Assembly (NCBI GenBank): GCA_000146465.1
Contig: CP001947.1
Strand: one strand, 5' to 3'
Length of the DNA stretch: 64,000 bases
This document shows positions 17,293-26,170 of the stretch, in pieces. Both the position numbers and the translations under genes were made by a program. Every line of letters starts with the position of its first letter. Position 1 is the first letter of the stretch. A model generated the notes under the pieces. That model was given only the letters and a program-made list of their open reading frames with translations, was not told the origin of the DNA and searched no databases.

Positions 17293-18756
17293 ATGAATGA
17301 TTTTGAAACCATAGGAGTTAAAAGATTCTTCAATGGGCATATCAAGGACGGAGAATGTGTACTAAAACAGGAAGTATTTGACTTTATAGTTCAGGAGATG
17401 ACACCAACTAGGCTGTGTGGAATACTCCCTATTGTCGACCATAAAGGATTTCTGGAAGGAAAAGAAGTAGTCGGATATTCTGAGGGTCTAAGTATTGAGG
17501 AGAAGGAACAACGCACTATAATGCACAAGAAGCTAAAGTGTTATCCATTTGTAAAGGCCAAAACTATTGGGGGGAAGATATGTCTTGAGCATACCGACGA
17601 GGATGTATATTCATTTGTTCTCCAGAAGGTGATGTTTAATACGATTGATGCAGGAAAATGGATCTGTAAAAGACTTGGAGTTCCCGATAATGCATTTCAG
17701 TTTGCAGGGAATAAGGATAAGAGAGCTGTTACATTCCAGGAGGTTACTGTTCAATGTTCCTTCATGAAACTCTACAAACTTGCAGTGAAGTTGAACAAGG
17801 AAGAGAATTCTTTCGAATGGGAAGATTTGATTGGGGAAGGTTACAGCAGGGAAAGTATTGAAGAGGAAAACAGAAAGGTGGAAGAAGAAATCCTAAAGAT
17901 TAAGGGGATAAGCTCAGAAGAATGGAAAGAAGAACTTGAGAGGAGTTGGCCGGAGGAAAGAGAAAGGATAGAAAAGCCCTTAGATAGAGAACTAGCTGAA
18001 TGGGAAAGATTCAGGTCTTCAATAAAGATCTTTGATATCAAGAAGTCGTCAGTAAGGAAACTGGGAGACTTAAAGGGAAATAGGTTTAGTATAGCATTGC
18101 GAGGCTTCAAGGACAAAGGACTGATAGAGAACCTAGAAAGGGGCTTTTTGAATTACTTTGGACAGCAGAGATTTGGAAATAAGCTAAAAAATCACGAGAT
18201 AGGATATGAAATTCTGACAAAGAAATACGAAGAGGCTGTTAATAAGATTATGAAGGGAGGAAAATGCTATGAACTTTATATAGACGGGAAGTACGAAGAA
18301 GCCATGAGCCTCGGAGATGGAGTGGAAAAGTACATTCTGAAGTGCAAATCCAAAGGGATAAAGGAAAAGGATATGATATATGGACTACGCAGGGAGCTTC
18401 GGATGTTATACCTCCATTCTTACCAGAGTCTAAAGTTTAACGAAGCTATTAACAGCAGGATGGAGTATGGAACAAGTGTTGTTGAGGGAGACATGGTTTA
18501 TGTGGATGGAGAGGTCAAGGCTGTGGAGAATCCATCTGAGTTTAGTATATTCGATGTGGTCCTACCGTTGGAGAAATTCAACAACAAGATGCTAAAGGGT
18601 GGGTATAGAAAAATAGTGGAAAAGGCCAACAACGTCATTATGACTGAGTTTGAGGATCGGGTTGTGGTTAAGTTTTTCCTGAATAGCTCGTGCTATGCCA
18701 CAATGGCTCTGAGAGAGGTAATTGGAAACTCTGTACTGAATAAAGTAAGCGTTTAA
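17293..18756 (+). CDS. PUS7: tRNA/snRNA pseudouridine synthase, TruD/Pus7 family
   Basis: NYFGQQRFG and GNRFSIALRG motifs are diagnostic for the TruD/Pus7 family. The track start is a GTG; first ATG is at 17293, preceded by GTCCCTTGTATA. Confidence 0.75.
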   Translation: MNDFETIGVKRFFNGHIKDGECVLKQEVFDFIVQEMTPTRLCGILPIVDHKGFLEGKEVVGYSEGLSIEEKEQRTIMHKKLKCYPFVKAKTIGGKICLEHTDEDVYSFVLQKVMFNTIDAGKWICKRLGVPDNAFQFAGNKDKRAVTFQEVTVQCSFMKLYKLAVKLNKEENSFEWEDLIGEGYSRESIEEENRKVEEEILKIKGISSEEWKEELERSWPEERERIEKPLDRELAEWERFRSSIKIFDIKKSSVRKLGDLKGNRFSIALRGFKDKGLIENLERGFLNYFGQQRFGNKLKNHEIGYEILTKKYEEAVNKIMKGGKCYELYIDGKYEEAMSLGDGVEKYILKCKSKGIKEKDMIYGLRRELRMLYLHSYQSLKFNEAINSRMEYGTSVVEGDMVYVDGEVKAVENPSEFSIFDVVLPLEKFNNKMLKGGYRKIVEKANNVIMTEFEDRVVVKFFLNSSCYATMALREVIGNSVLNKVSV

Positions 18757-18763
18757 TTCCGTA

Positions 18764-19996
18764 TTAGTTGAGAAGTCCTTTTTCCAGGTTCTTTAAGATT
18801 TGGATTCGTTTCCAAACGATAAGCTTTTTTACATACCAAACGTTTCGGTTGAAGATCTTTTTGTGTTTATCGCAACGCCTTCTCCAATAGTTGTTTAGTG
18901 ATTCTGGGGTCTTGCAGCAGCTTAGCAAAGACTTGAAGTCTTTTATATTTTTTTCTATAATGTAGTTTCCAGTCCATGTAATTTTTGATATTAGGGTTTT
19001 GAGATAGATCTGGAGTCTTTCTTCTTCCCCTCCAAAGATTTCCAGCTGTTCTTGGGTGGTTTCCTCCACAGAGGTGTCGTAGGGCTTGTGAAGGATCTTG
19101 TTGAGGTTTTTTATGGCTCTCAACACATCAAAATTCTTTTTGTAGTTCATGATATATATGTACAGAAAGGTTGATATCTCTATCTCTGGAATGTGGATGG
19201 TCCAAGTGGTGTCGAGTGCATAAAAAAATGTCTTGAACTTCCTTTCAAGATCTTCGGTGATCTCCAGGAGAAAGATTCCACAAATCCTTTGAAGATACTG
19301 GAAAAACATTCCATAATCTCTTCTAAGATCCTGTCTGAAGCAAGCCTTGTTATTTTCAATCTCTTCATCAGGAATTCCTGTTTCGTTGTAGAATTCCACA
19401 ATGCGACAAGCATGGCGATTCTTTTGAATGCTAGTGCATTTTTCTCCAAGACGTTTAAGTATTCTATACACAGGAATTAGGCCTGTGTCTTCAAAGCGGG
19501 CCGTAAGGAATCGGGAGTATTTCATTCCTAAAGCCTCAAGCCTTTCCCTTTCTCTTTCTTCGCGTGGATACAGCTGCATCGACTGATAATAGTCCAAGTA
19601 AAGATAAGTCTTTCCTTCGGCTTCCATCTCTATTCTCTTCGAGTAATAGCCCAGTGCTCTGAGAACCGGATATATCGGCAAGGGCTTTGAAAGAGCTCTT
19701 CCCGGCATTTCTTTAACTGTGTCCGCAAAGATATCGAAGTATCTGGTGGATTTAATACCTAGATAGTTTTTGATGTCATCAAACAGTACATAGTAGATCA
19801 ACAAGTTCACATAGTCCTCGCTATATTTCTTGATTAGGAACTTCCTGGGCTTTTCCTTGTTGATGGTTTTTCCAACAAAAGCTGGTAGAATTTCGCTTGA
19901 AACTTCCATTCTGTCTTTTATGATATGACCCTCCTCACAGATATAGTCGTTCTCTATCATCTCGAGGGGAGCACCACATATTTCACAGACAATCAT
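18764..19996 (-). CDS. Zinc-ribbon protein, TFIIB-related factor (Brf1/Rrn7-like?)
   Basis: N-terminal C.IC(G)...x17...C..GH zinc ribbon of the TFIIB/Brf/Rrn7 type, followed by about 400 aa of helical sequence. Start moved to the ATG at 19994-19996, preceded by AAAATGCCCTTGGAAATCCCAGA. It is 45 bp head-to-head with the helicase gene. Confidence 0.35.
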   Translation of the reverse strand: MIVCEICGAPLEMIENDYICEEGHIIKDRMEVSSEILPAFVGKTINKEKPRKFLIKKYSEDYVNLLIYYVLFDDIKNYLGIKSTRYFDIFADTVKEMPGRALSKPLPIYPVLRALGYYSKRIEMEAEGKTYLYLDYYQSMQLYPREERERERLEALGMKYSRFLTARFEDTGLIPVYRILKRLGEKCTSIQKNRHACRIVEFYNETGIPDEEIENNKACFRQDLRRDYGMFFQYLQRICGIFLLEITEDLERKFKTFFYALDTTWTIHIPEIEISTFLYIYIMNYKKNFDVLRAIKNLNKILHKPYDTSVEETTQEQLEIFGGEEERLQIYLKTLISKITWTGNYIIEKNIKDFKSLLSCCKTPESLNNYWRRRCDKHKKIFNRNVWYVKKLIVWKRIQILKNLEKGLLN

Positions 19997-20040
19997 TCTG
20001 GGATTTCCAAGGGCATTTTTATCTATGTCTTCCTTCGCCC

Positions 20041-21435
20041 ATGGAAAAGAACACAAAGATCAAGGGCGGGTCCTTCAAAACCATGGGATTGGATTACAGA
20101 CTTCTCCGAAACATTCTTTACGAAAACCCAACGCCAATTCAAAGAAAGACAATTCCGTTGGTTCTGGAGAGAAGGAGTCTAATGGGGGTTGGAAGAACAG
20201 GGAGTGGAAAGACACTATGCTATCTCATCCCTGCTGTGCAACGAGCCATCGAGGGAGAAAGAACACTTGTGATTGCCCCTACCAAGGAGCTTGTCACCCA
20301 GGTCAGAAGGGTACTGAAGAGACTGGCAAGAGGGATAGAGGATGTATGGAAGCTCATTGAAATCAACACTCCAGGAAATATTCAAAGCACAAGTGTTGAG
20401 ATGCTGGTGGTTGATGAAATAGATAGAATTCTGGAAGAGCCAAGCCTGAAGTTGGTATTTGATAGGATAAGCGAAGAGGTGGCGTGCCAGAAGGTATTCT
20501 TTAGTGCAACACTCCCAGATCATCCATTGAACATAAAGGTAGTTGAAATAGAGGCCAAGATAAACGAGACGGTTAAGCATTTTTTCTTCTATGTTCCAAG
20601 TGAGAGCAAGGAGGCAGCTCTGCTTCGAGTATTGGATAAGACAAGAAAGACAATTGTGTTTGTTGCAACTAAGTATGCTGTGGAATTGCTTCTAGAGATC
20701 CTTAACAAAAACAATTTCGAGTCACGTGGAATTTATTCTTCAATGGACGATGAGGCAAGAAGAACCAATTTCAAAGACTTCAACTCTTCCAAGTTCAACA
20801 TTCTTGTTGTGACGGATGTTGCAGCACGTGGACTAGACATCCCATATCTTGACACTGTTGTAAACTATGATCTGTGTGACGAAAGGACATTTCTGCACAG
20901 GGTTGGGCGTGTTCGGGGAATGGGAGTGCAATACAGCTTTGTGACATACACAGATGTCTTTCACTTCTTCAACATACAGGAAACATATCTTCCCAATGTT
21001 GAGATCGGAACAATTCCTCAGGAGTATCTAGATGTTTATGACTTCGGGGAATTTGAGCATCTAAAGTCTGTTGCAAACAAAGGACATCAGAAATGCCTTG
21101 AATTTAGAAGAAAAGTCAGTGTTCCGGCCGAGTACAAAGACAAGATAAAGGGATTCAAAACTCATTCTATGTTTGAGCATAAGGAAACACTTCTTGACCA
21201 GCTTAAAGAGATGGAGAGCCGCAAGACATTACCTCGAAAGGAAGATGAAAAAGTAGAAAACAAAGAGTACAGAGACCAGACATTTATACCCTATGCCCGT
21301 AAGGACTCTAGAATTCATTCATCTGCGTTTGGAGTGGCGAAAGATGATTACGTCAGAGAAAGAAAGGAAAAATTTTCTTTTTCCATGATGAGGAGGAGAA
21401 CAGCAAAGAAAACGGCGGAAACAAGTAAAAAATAA
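20041..21435 (+). CDS. DEAD-box ATP-dependent RNA helicase
   Basis: Q motif (PTPIQ), GRTGSGKT, PTKEL, DEID, SAT, ARGLDIP and HRVGRVRG motifs. Basic C-terminal tail. Confidence 0.85.
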   Translation: MEKNTKIKGGSFKTMGLDYRLLRNILYENPTPIQRKTIPLVLERRSLMGVGRTGSGKTLCYLIPAVQRAIEGERTLVIAPTKELVTQVRRVLKRLARGIEDVWKLIEINTPGNIQSTSVEMLVVDEIDRILEEPSLKLVFDRISEEVACQKVFFSATLPDHPLNIKVVEIEAKINETVKHFFFYVPSESKEAALLRVLDKTRKTIVFVATKYAVELLLEILNKNNFESRGIYSSMDDEARRTNFKDFNSSKFNILVVTDVAARGLDIPYLDTVVNYDLCDERTFLHRVGRVRGMGVQYSFVTYTDVFHFFNIQETYLPNVEIGTIPQEYLDVYDFGEFEHLKSVANKGHQKCLEFRRKVSVPAEYKDKIKGFKTHSMFEHKETLLDQLKEMESRKTLPRKEDEKVENKEYRDQTFIPYARKDSRIHSSAFGVAKDDYVRERKEKFSFSMMRRRTAKKTAETSKK

Positions 21436-21532
21436 ACGAATTTTATTGGCAAGTAAGTTGTTGTGTCTTCTTAGTTATAAAGGTTTTCAAGAAATCAGGG
21501 TTTTGGAATTGTGTATCTCCTTTAAAGTAGGA

Positions 21533-21605
21533 GGCCTCATAGCTCAATGGTTAGAGTGTCGGCCTACGGAGCCGAAGGTTGAGGGTTCGAGTCCCTCTGG
21601 GGTCG
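21533..21605 (+). tRNA. tRNA-Arg (anticodon ACG)
   Basis: 73-nt cloverleaf folded by hand: acceptor GGCCTCA/TGGGGTC, D arm GCTC..GAGT, anticodon stem TCGGC/GCCGA with loop CTACGGA (ACG), T arm GAGGG-TTCGAGT-CCCTC. Confidence 0.85.
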
Positions 21606-22112
21606 GCTGTCTTTTGTGCTTCTTTTTTTCTTCCTAGACTTTTTCATCCACATCTCTAGTGCATTGCTTCTGTATCTGCCCTGCACATCTTCATCCAACG
21701 AGTTCCACATCTTAATGAACATACGAACGTTTTCTTCTGGAGACACATTTATGTCGCCACAGATGTCGAAGAGTTCGTTTACAAAGAAAAGATATCCTGA
21801 ACACTCCCATCGCTGTATATCCCGTATTTTAACATATTTTCTTAGCTTCTTTATCGTGTTTGTATCATTGACTAAATTGCCGTCGTCACAGCCATCCAAC
21901 TCATTGGCTTCCTCAAGATCTTTATTGCATTTTTCCACATACATATTCCTCTCCTCGTCCGGCATTTCCTTCCATACAGCCATCATATTCAAGGCAGTAT
22001 CGACACAACTTGTGTATTTGTAATTATTACTTTGGAAAAAGTCCCTGGCAAAGACCGTGAATGGAGATCTCTGCTTGGTAGGCATTGAATACAAGGATTC
22101 AAAAAATTTCAT
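21564..22112 (-). CDS. HMG-box protein with two HMG boxes
   Basis: MPTKQRSPFTVFARDFF...AVWKEMPDEERNMYVEKCNKD and a second KKLRKYV...FIKMWNSLDEDVQGRY box. Start set to ATG 22110-22112, preceded by ATACCCCCGAG. The hydrophobic N-terminus implied by the track start is rejected. The last about 14 codons overlap the tRNA-Arg gene antisense. Confidence 0.6.
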   Translation of the reverse strand: MKFFESLYSMPTKQRSPFTVFARDFFQSNNYKYTSCVDTALNMMAVWKEMPDEERNMYVEKCNKDLEEANELDGCDDGNLVNDTNTIKKLRKYVKIRDIQRWECSGYLFFVNELFDICGDINVSPEENVRMFIKMWNSLDEDVQGRYRSNALEMWMKKSRKKKRSTKDSRPQRDSNPQPSAP

Positions 22113-22194
22113 CTCGGGGGTATGTATCTTCGAAAAATACACCAAAGGAATTAGATAGTACAGTAGAGGCCAATAAATAGAGTCCATTTAATCC

Positions 22195-22740
22195 CTATTT
22201 TCCCACCAGGCCCGAATTCACATTCTTTTCTTCAGCAATCTTGTTATAGACGGCCTTCTCGTCGTCGCTGAGTTCTTTCCATCTCTTTGCAACAGCAGAC
22301 GTAGTCTCCATCATCGTGAAGCTGGGATTCTCTTCAGAAACAGCTTTTCGGACTGCCTTAAAGAACTCGTTGTACCCAGTTACTTTCTTGGCTCCTTTTT
22401 TCTTTCTTCCAGCTGCTGCTTCATCAGCTGCAACCTTCTCAAGATAATCCTGGTACTCATCGCTCTTCTTGTATTCCTCAACCTTTGCCAGATATAGCTC
22501 TCTCTCCTTGTTTGAAATCTTGTTGTATTCCTCTCTTTCCTCATCAGAGAGCTTCTTCCACATCTCAGAAATAGATCTTCCTTGGTCTGCTACGGGTAGC
22601 TTGCTCAGTTCCTCATTCTTCTTCCTTTGCTCCTGCCCAAAAATAAAGTACCCCGACATAGGCTTCTTCGGTGCATTGGGGTCCTTGCGTTTTTTTACTG
22701 CCGCTTTACTCCTTGGCTTTTTGCTCTTCTCAGTTACCAT
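22195..22740 (-). CDS. HMGB/Nhp6-like protein with two HMG boxes
   Basis: DPNAPKKPMSGYFIFGQEQRKK...EMWKKLSDEEREEY and a second ...KRWKELSDDEKAVY box. CTACCCCCATCATT precedes the ATG. Confidence 0.8.
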   Translation of the reverse strand: MVTEKSKKPRSKAAVKKRKDPNAPKKPMSGYFIFGQEQRKKNEELSKLPVADQGRSISEMWKKLSDEEREEYNKISNKERELYLAKVEEYKKSDEYQDYLEKVAADEAAAGRKKKGAKKVTGYNEFFKAVRKAVSEENPSFTMMETTSAVAKRWKELSDDEKAVYNKIAEEKNVNSGLVGK

Positions 22741-22866
22741 AATGATGGGGGTAGAAGAAATAGCTTATAAAATTTTAATAAGAACCAGCCCAGTCGATAT
22801 TTTACAGTTAAATCGCCCTTCTAACCTCTTATCATATGCAGTAGATACCAATTGATAGAGTGTCTT

Positions 22867-23643
22867 TTACAAAATATCATTCTCGGGCCTGAGTCTCTCC
22901 TTAACAATCTCAAGTAGCTTCTTCACCTCGGAAAGCATAGCATGTGTTGAAATGTATTCCTCTATGACTCTGTGTGCCTCATTCAAGTCTCCCTGAAGTG
23001 CATTACATACCTCCTTCTCATCTCCACTGACATCAAGATCTAGAGGCGTCCCCTCGATGGAATAGCAGAGAAATCCACAGAAGGTGTATATGTTTTCCTT
23101 GAACCCCAAGAATATTTTAGCTGCCTCTCCATACCTTCCAAGTTCTATATACACCTCTGCAATGTCTCTCATTGCCTTTTTCTTATGATGCTTCCAGCTG
23201 CTTCCACAGTAGCACTCAGCAACCTTCTGCAGGCATTCCAGGCATCCCTCGAGATTTCCTTCCTTTCTTAGTATCTCAGATGCTCTTTGGAAACTCACTG
23301 CTGCCAAGCTCTCTCGTCCACATTGCTTGGAATACATCCCAGACTTCTTATATGCCGAAATGGCTTTTTCAGGATATTCATCCTCACATGTCTGTGCTAT
23401 CTTCTCATACACCTGCGAAGCTTGATATCTTCCATACTCTCCGTCCTCCATCTCATAGGTCTTTGCCGCCTCCTCGTAGTATCGTATCTTTTCAGATGTC
23501 TCCTCTTCCATATTTCCAATCTCCATGAAAATCTCCGCAGAGCTTTCATAGTCTGGCGATGAAAACAGATTGAATGGAAATGCTCCCTTTGTCCTCAATT
23601 TCTCTGCTTCCTTTAGTTTTCTGGTTTTGGATTCAGCATCCAT
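22867..23643 (-). CDS. SEC17: Alpha-soluble NSF attachment protein (alpha-SNAP / Sec17)
   Basis: TPR-like helical hairpins throughout with the SNAP-family pattern. Start moved from a TTG to ATG 23641-23643, preceded by GGAAGGGGCCC. Confidence 0.7.
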   Translation of the reverse strand: MDAESKTRKLKEAEKLRTKGAFPFNLFSSPDYESSAEIFMEIGNMEEETSEKIRYYEEAAKTYEMEDGEYGRYQASQVYEKIAQTCEDEYPEKAISAYKKSGMYSKQCGRESLAAVSFQRASEILRKEGNLEGCLECLQKVAECYCGSSWKHHKKKAMRDIAEVYIELGRYGEAAKIFLGFKENIYTFCGFLCYSIEGTPLDLDVSGDEKEVCNALQGDLNEAHRVIEEYISTHAMLSEVKKLLEIVKERLRPENDIL

Positions 23644-23749
23644 GGGCCCCTTCCCGTGTGTTTTTTTAAGCACCTCCGCTTTTTCAAATCCAGAGAGCAA
23701 CCTGCACAAAACTTTATTTAATAAACATCAATAAATCTATCCTGAAGAC

Positions 23750-24673
23750 TTAATGGGAGCAGAAGGGCTTTCTGCTGAGATTGTATATTAGTATCCCCAC
23801 AATACTTATGGCTAATCCTGCATAGTTCAAACTGCTTAGGGTGATATCTTTTGTTACTATTGCATAAAAAATAATTATCAGCTCCTTAACAATCCCTGCA
23901 ACACTTAGAAACACAACACCGGTTTCCGAAACAAGCATGAACTCTGCACATAGTAGCGTAAATGATAGGACCCCGCAAAGAGAAATATACCCAAAATTTC
24001 GTAGGGCAGCATCAAACGTGTTGAAAAACCTAGATGTTGCTATCTCCATGAGACCTTCAACATGCAAAGAAATTAAGAGGAGGAGGAACGATATGGGAAG
24101 GCAAAGGTCCCTTATGGTTACAAGAATTCCTTCCTTCCGGACTTCCTGATTTCTAATAAGGTATTGGACAAACGCCCATCGGAACCCTGCCATCAAAGAA
24201 GCAAACGAGATGGTTCCGAATCCAATAATATCAAAGCTTGTGTTTTTTATTGACGTGAGAAACACTCCCACGCCAATGGTGAATATCGTCAGAAAAAACG
24301 TTATCGATGGTTTCTCGATCCCAAGTGCAAATCCAAATAACAGAATAAACACCGGAGAAGAAGACTTCACCATTGTGTAGAATGCAAGGGTTGCCGACCT
24401 TAGAGATATGGATGAAAGGCCTATGTCTGTGGCTCCTGCAAGGGCACATGGAAACGAAGGCCCAAAGTAATTAGGCTTTGGAGCTTTTTCCTTCTGAAAC
24501 CTCAGGGCTGTGGATGCTCCGAAAAAATGGATCAGGTTCTGCATGGACGCCTTGAACAAGGGAAAGGAGAAATTGTATGTCTTTTTGGAAAGCAGAAACG
24601 ATGTTAGATATCCCAGGCTTAATGACAGAACATAATACATGAGCACTAATCCCAGTACTCTGATTCTGTTCAT
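23750..24673 (-). CDS. Nucleotide-sugar / triose-phosphate transporter family membrane protein (DMT superfamily)
   Basis: 307 aa with about 9-10 TM helices and TPT/EamA-like repeats. Confidence 0.55.
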   Translation of the reverse strand: MNRIRVLGLVLMYYVLSLSLGYLTSFLLSKKTYNFSFPLFKASMQNLIHFFGASTALRFQKEKAPKPNYFGPSFPCALAGATDIGLSSISLRSATLAFYTMVKSSSPVFILLFGFALGIEKPSITFFLTIFTIGVGVFLTSIKNTSFDIIGFGTISFASLMAGFRWAFVQYLIRNQEVRKEGILVTIRDLCLPISFLLLLISLHVEGLMEIATSRFFNTFDAALRNFGYISLCGVLSFTLLCAEFMLVSETGVVFLSVAGIVKELIIIFYAIVTKDITLSSLNYAGLAISIVGILIYNLSRKPFCSH

Positions 24674-24800
24674 TCCTCTTGAGTGTATTTTCTTTGGAGA
24701 GTCTTTTCTTCACAATGTTTCAAAGCCCCATCCAATCACATTGTTGTGTCTGGAACAAATGAATTCTGGTTTCTATAAATATGTTTTTTTTCCTAGGCCC

Positions 24801-24997
24801 TACCTCTCAAGCCAATCGGCTTTGATCAAGTGTAGTATCTGTTCTTGCCAGTGTAAGAACTGGCATTATCCGTAAGGATAAATTCATCGAATTTTTGGAT
24901 GGCAGGGTGATGTAGAGGAGCTTGAGCGCTTGCGTTTCGGCCAATCTACTTGAGGTCTGCAGGCTTCTGGGCTGTAGAGCCTAGGAAAAGCCGTTTT
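24801..24997 (+). ncRNA. U2 spliceosomal snRNA
   Basis: GATCAAGTGTAGTATCTGTTCTT at 24823-24845 matches the universally conserved U2 branch-point-interaction region (GAUCAAGUGUAGUAUCUGUUCUU). It is preceded by stem-loop I (AAGCC-AATC-GGCTT) and followed by stem IIa (GCCAGT-GTAAGA-ACTGGC), stem IIb (TTATCC-GTAA-GGATAA), the Sm site AATTTTTGG (24890-24898) and 3' hairpins. TATAAATA lies about 25 nt upstream and a T7 run follows. Ends are approximate. Confidence 0.8.
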
Positions 24998-25051
24998 TTT
25001 GTAATGTTTTCTGTTCTATTTCTTTTATCCAAGGATCCCCAACTCAAAGAA

Positions 25052-25855
25052 ATGAAGTATGCGGAGATCATCATAGGGCCTCCTGGAAGCGGGAAGTCTA
25101 CCTATGTCATGAATAAAAAGACATGGCTCTCCCATAGAAGTCCATACACAATAAATCTTGATCCGGGGAATTCCAACTCCAAGGAGTTTGACTATTCGAT
25201 ATGCTCCATCTCGTCGTCTTCGGTATATCAAGAAAAACATGATGTTGGGCCTAACATGTCCACAAAATGCATTTTAGAGGAATTTGTTACTCGTATCGAT
25301 GAGTTCTTCCGGGAGAACATTGAAGATACAGACCACTACGTCCTAATAGATTTTCCAGGACAGGTGGAATTTTTTATATCCAGCGATATTCCCAACAGAA
25401 TCATCAGATATCTTAAAAGAAATGGATATTCGGTTGTGGTTTTGAATCTTATCGACCTGGTATTCTTCTCGAACAGTCACTCGCTGGTTTCATCGTATCT
25501 AATCTCGACATTGTGCCTCTGTCTTCTTGAGTCGGCCCAGATCAACATCATCAGCAAATGCGACAATTGGAAAAGTCTTGAGATGGAGTATCCGTTGGAA
25601 GAGATTGCATCGTTGGAATGTCTAGAGGAGATTCCGAGGAAGAAAAAGTTGTATAGTGAGATGATCTCTTTTGTCCTCAACCAAGGACTGCTACTGTATG
25701 AAATCCTGGACTATGACAATCCAGACTCTGTTCTAAATCTTCAGGTTGGCATAGACAGAGCAAGCGGGTTGTTTTTTGAAGACAACTACTTTGACACCGA
25801 GAAAATAACAAGGATTCCTTCCAGAGATGAGGTTTTCTCAAAATACAAATCCTAA
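25052..25855 (+). CDS. GPN-loop GTPase (Npa3/GPN family)
   Basis: IIGPPGSGKST P-loop and LDPGN (GPN motif). Start set at ATG 25052, preceded by GATCCCCAACTCAAAGAA. The track start at 24950 runs through the U2 snRNA gene and is rejected. Confidence 0.75.
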   Translation: MKYAEIIIGPPGSGKSTYVMNKKTWLSHRSPYTINLDPGNSNSKEFDYSICSISSSSVYQEKHDVGPNMSTKCILEEFVTRIDEFFRENIEDTDHYVLIDFPGQVEFFISSDIPNRIIRYLKRNGYSVVVLNLIDLVFFSNSHSLVSSYLISTLCLCLLESAQINIISKCDNWKSLEMEYPLEEIASLECLEEIPRKKKLYSEMISFVLNQGLLLYEILDYDNPDSVLNLQVGIDRASGLFFEDNYFDTEKITRIPSRDEVFSKYKS

Positions 25856-26170
25856 TAAAACTTATAAGTAAGCTTTTTGTTTTCATAGTATTTGGGAGTG
25901 CAAAAGAAATACCCTTCTCCAAAGCTACGGAACAAGGACAATTCCTACTTCTGCCATTTGGAGGCACAAAAAGAGCTCCAAGGAAACATGAGCCTAATGA
26001 GCTCATGTGCCATGGAGTCATACATTTTCATTTAGAGTTTTTACCACAAATCCAGTTTACCCAGAAACCGATCAATGGATAGTATATCTCTCCATATGCC
26101 TATTTGCCATCTAAAAGGGAAGGAAATTCTGATTGGTGATATCTAAGAAGATATAACATCAATTAAAAAG

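Noticed and set aside
21454-21475. GTAAGTTGTTGTGTCTTCTTAG downstream of the DEAD-box helicase stop
   Set aside because: It is located in the 3' flank and tRNA 5' leader, after the stop. No coding continuation; likely chance.
24639-25051. ORF 24639..24875 (+) and the N-terminal 34 codons of ORF 24950..25855
   Set aside because: Both are translations of the U2 snRNA locus or its flanks. The GPN-GTPase conserved sequence and a CCC-flanked ATG start only at 25052.
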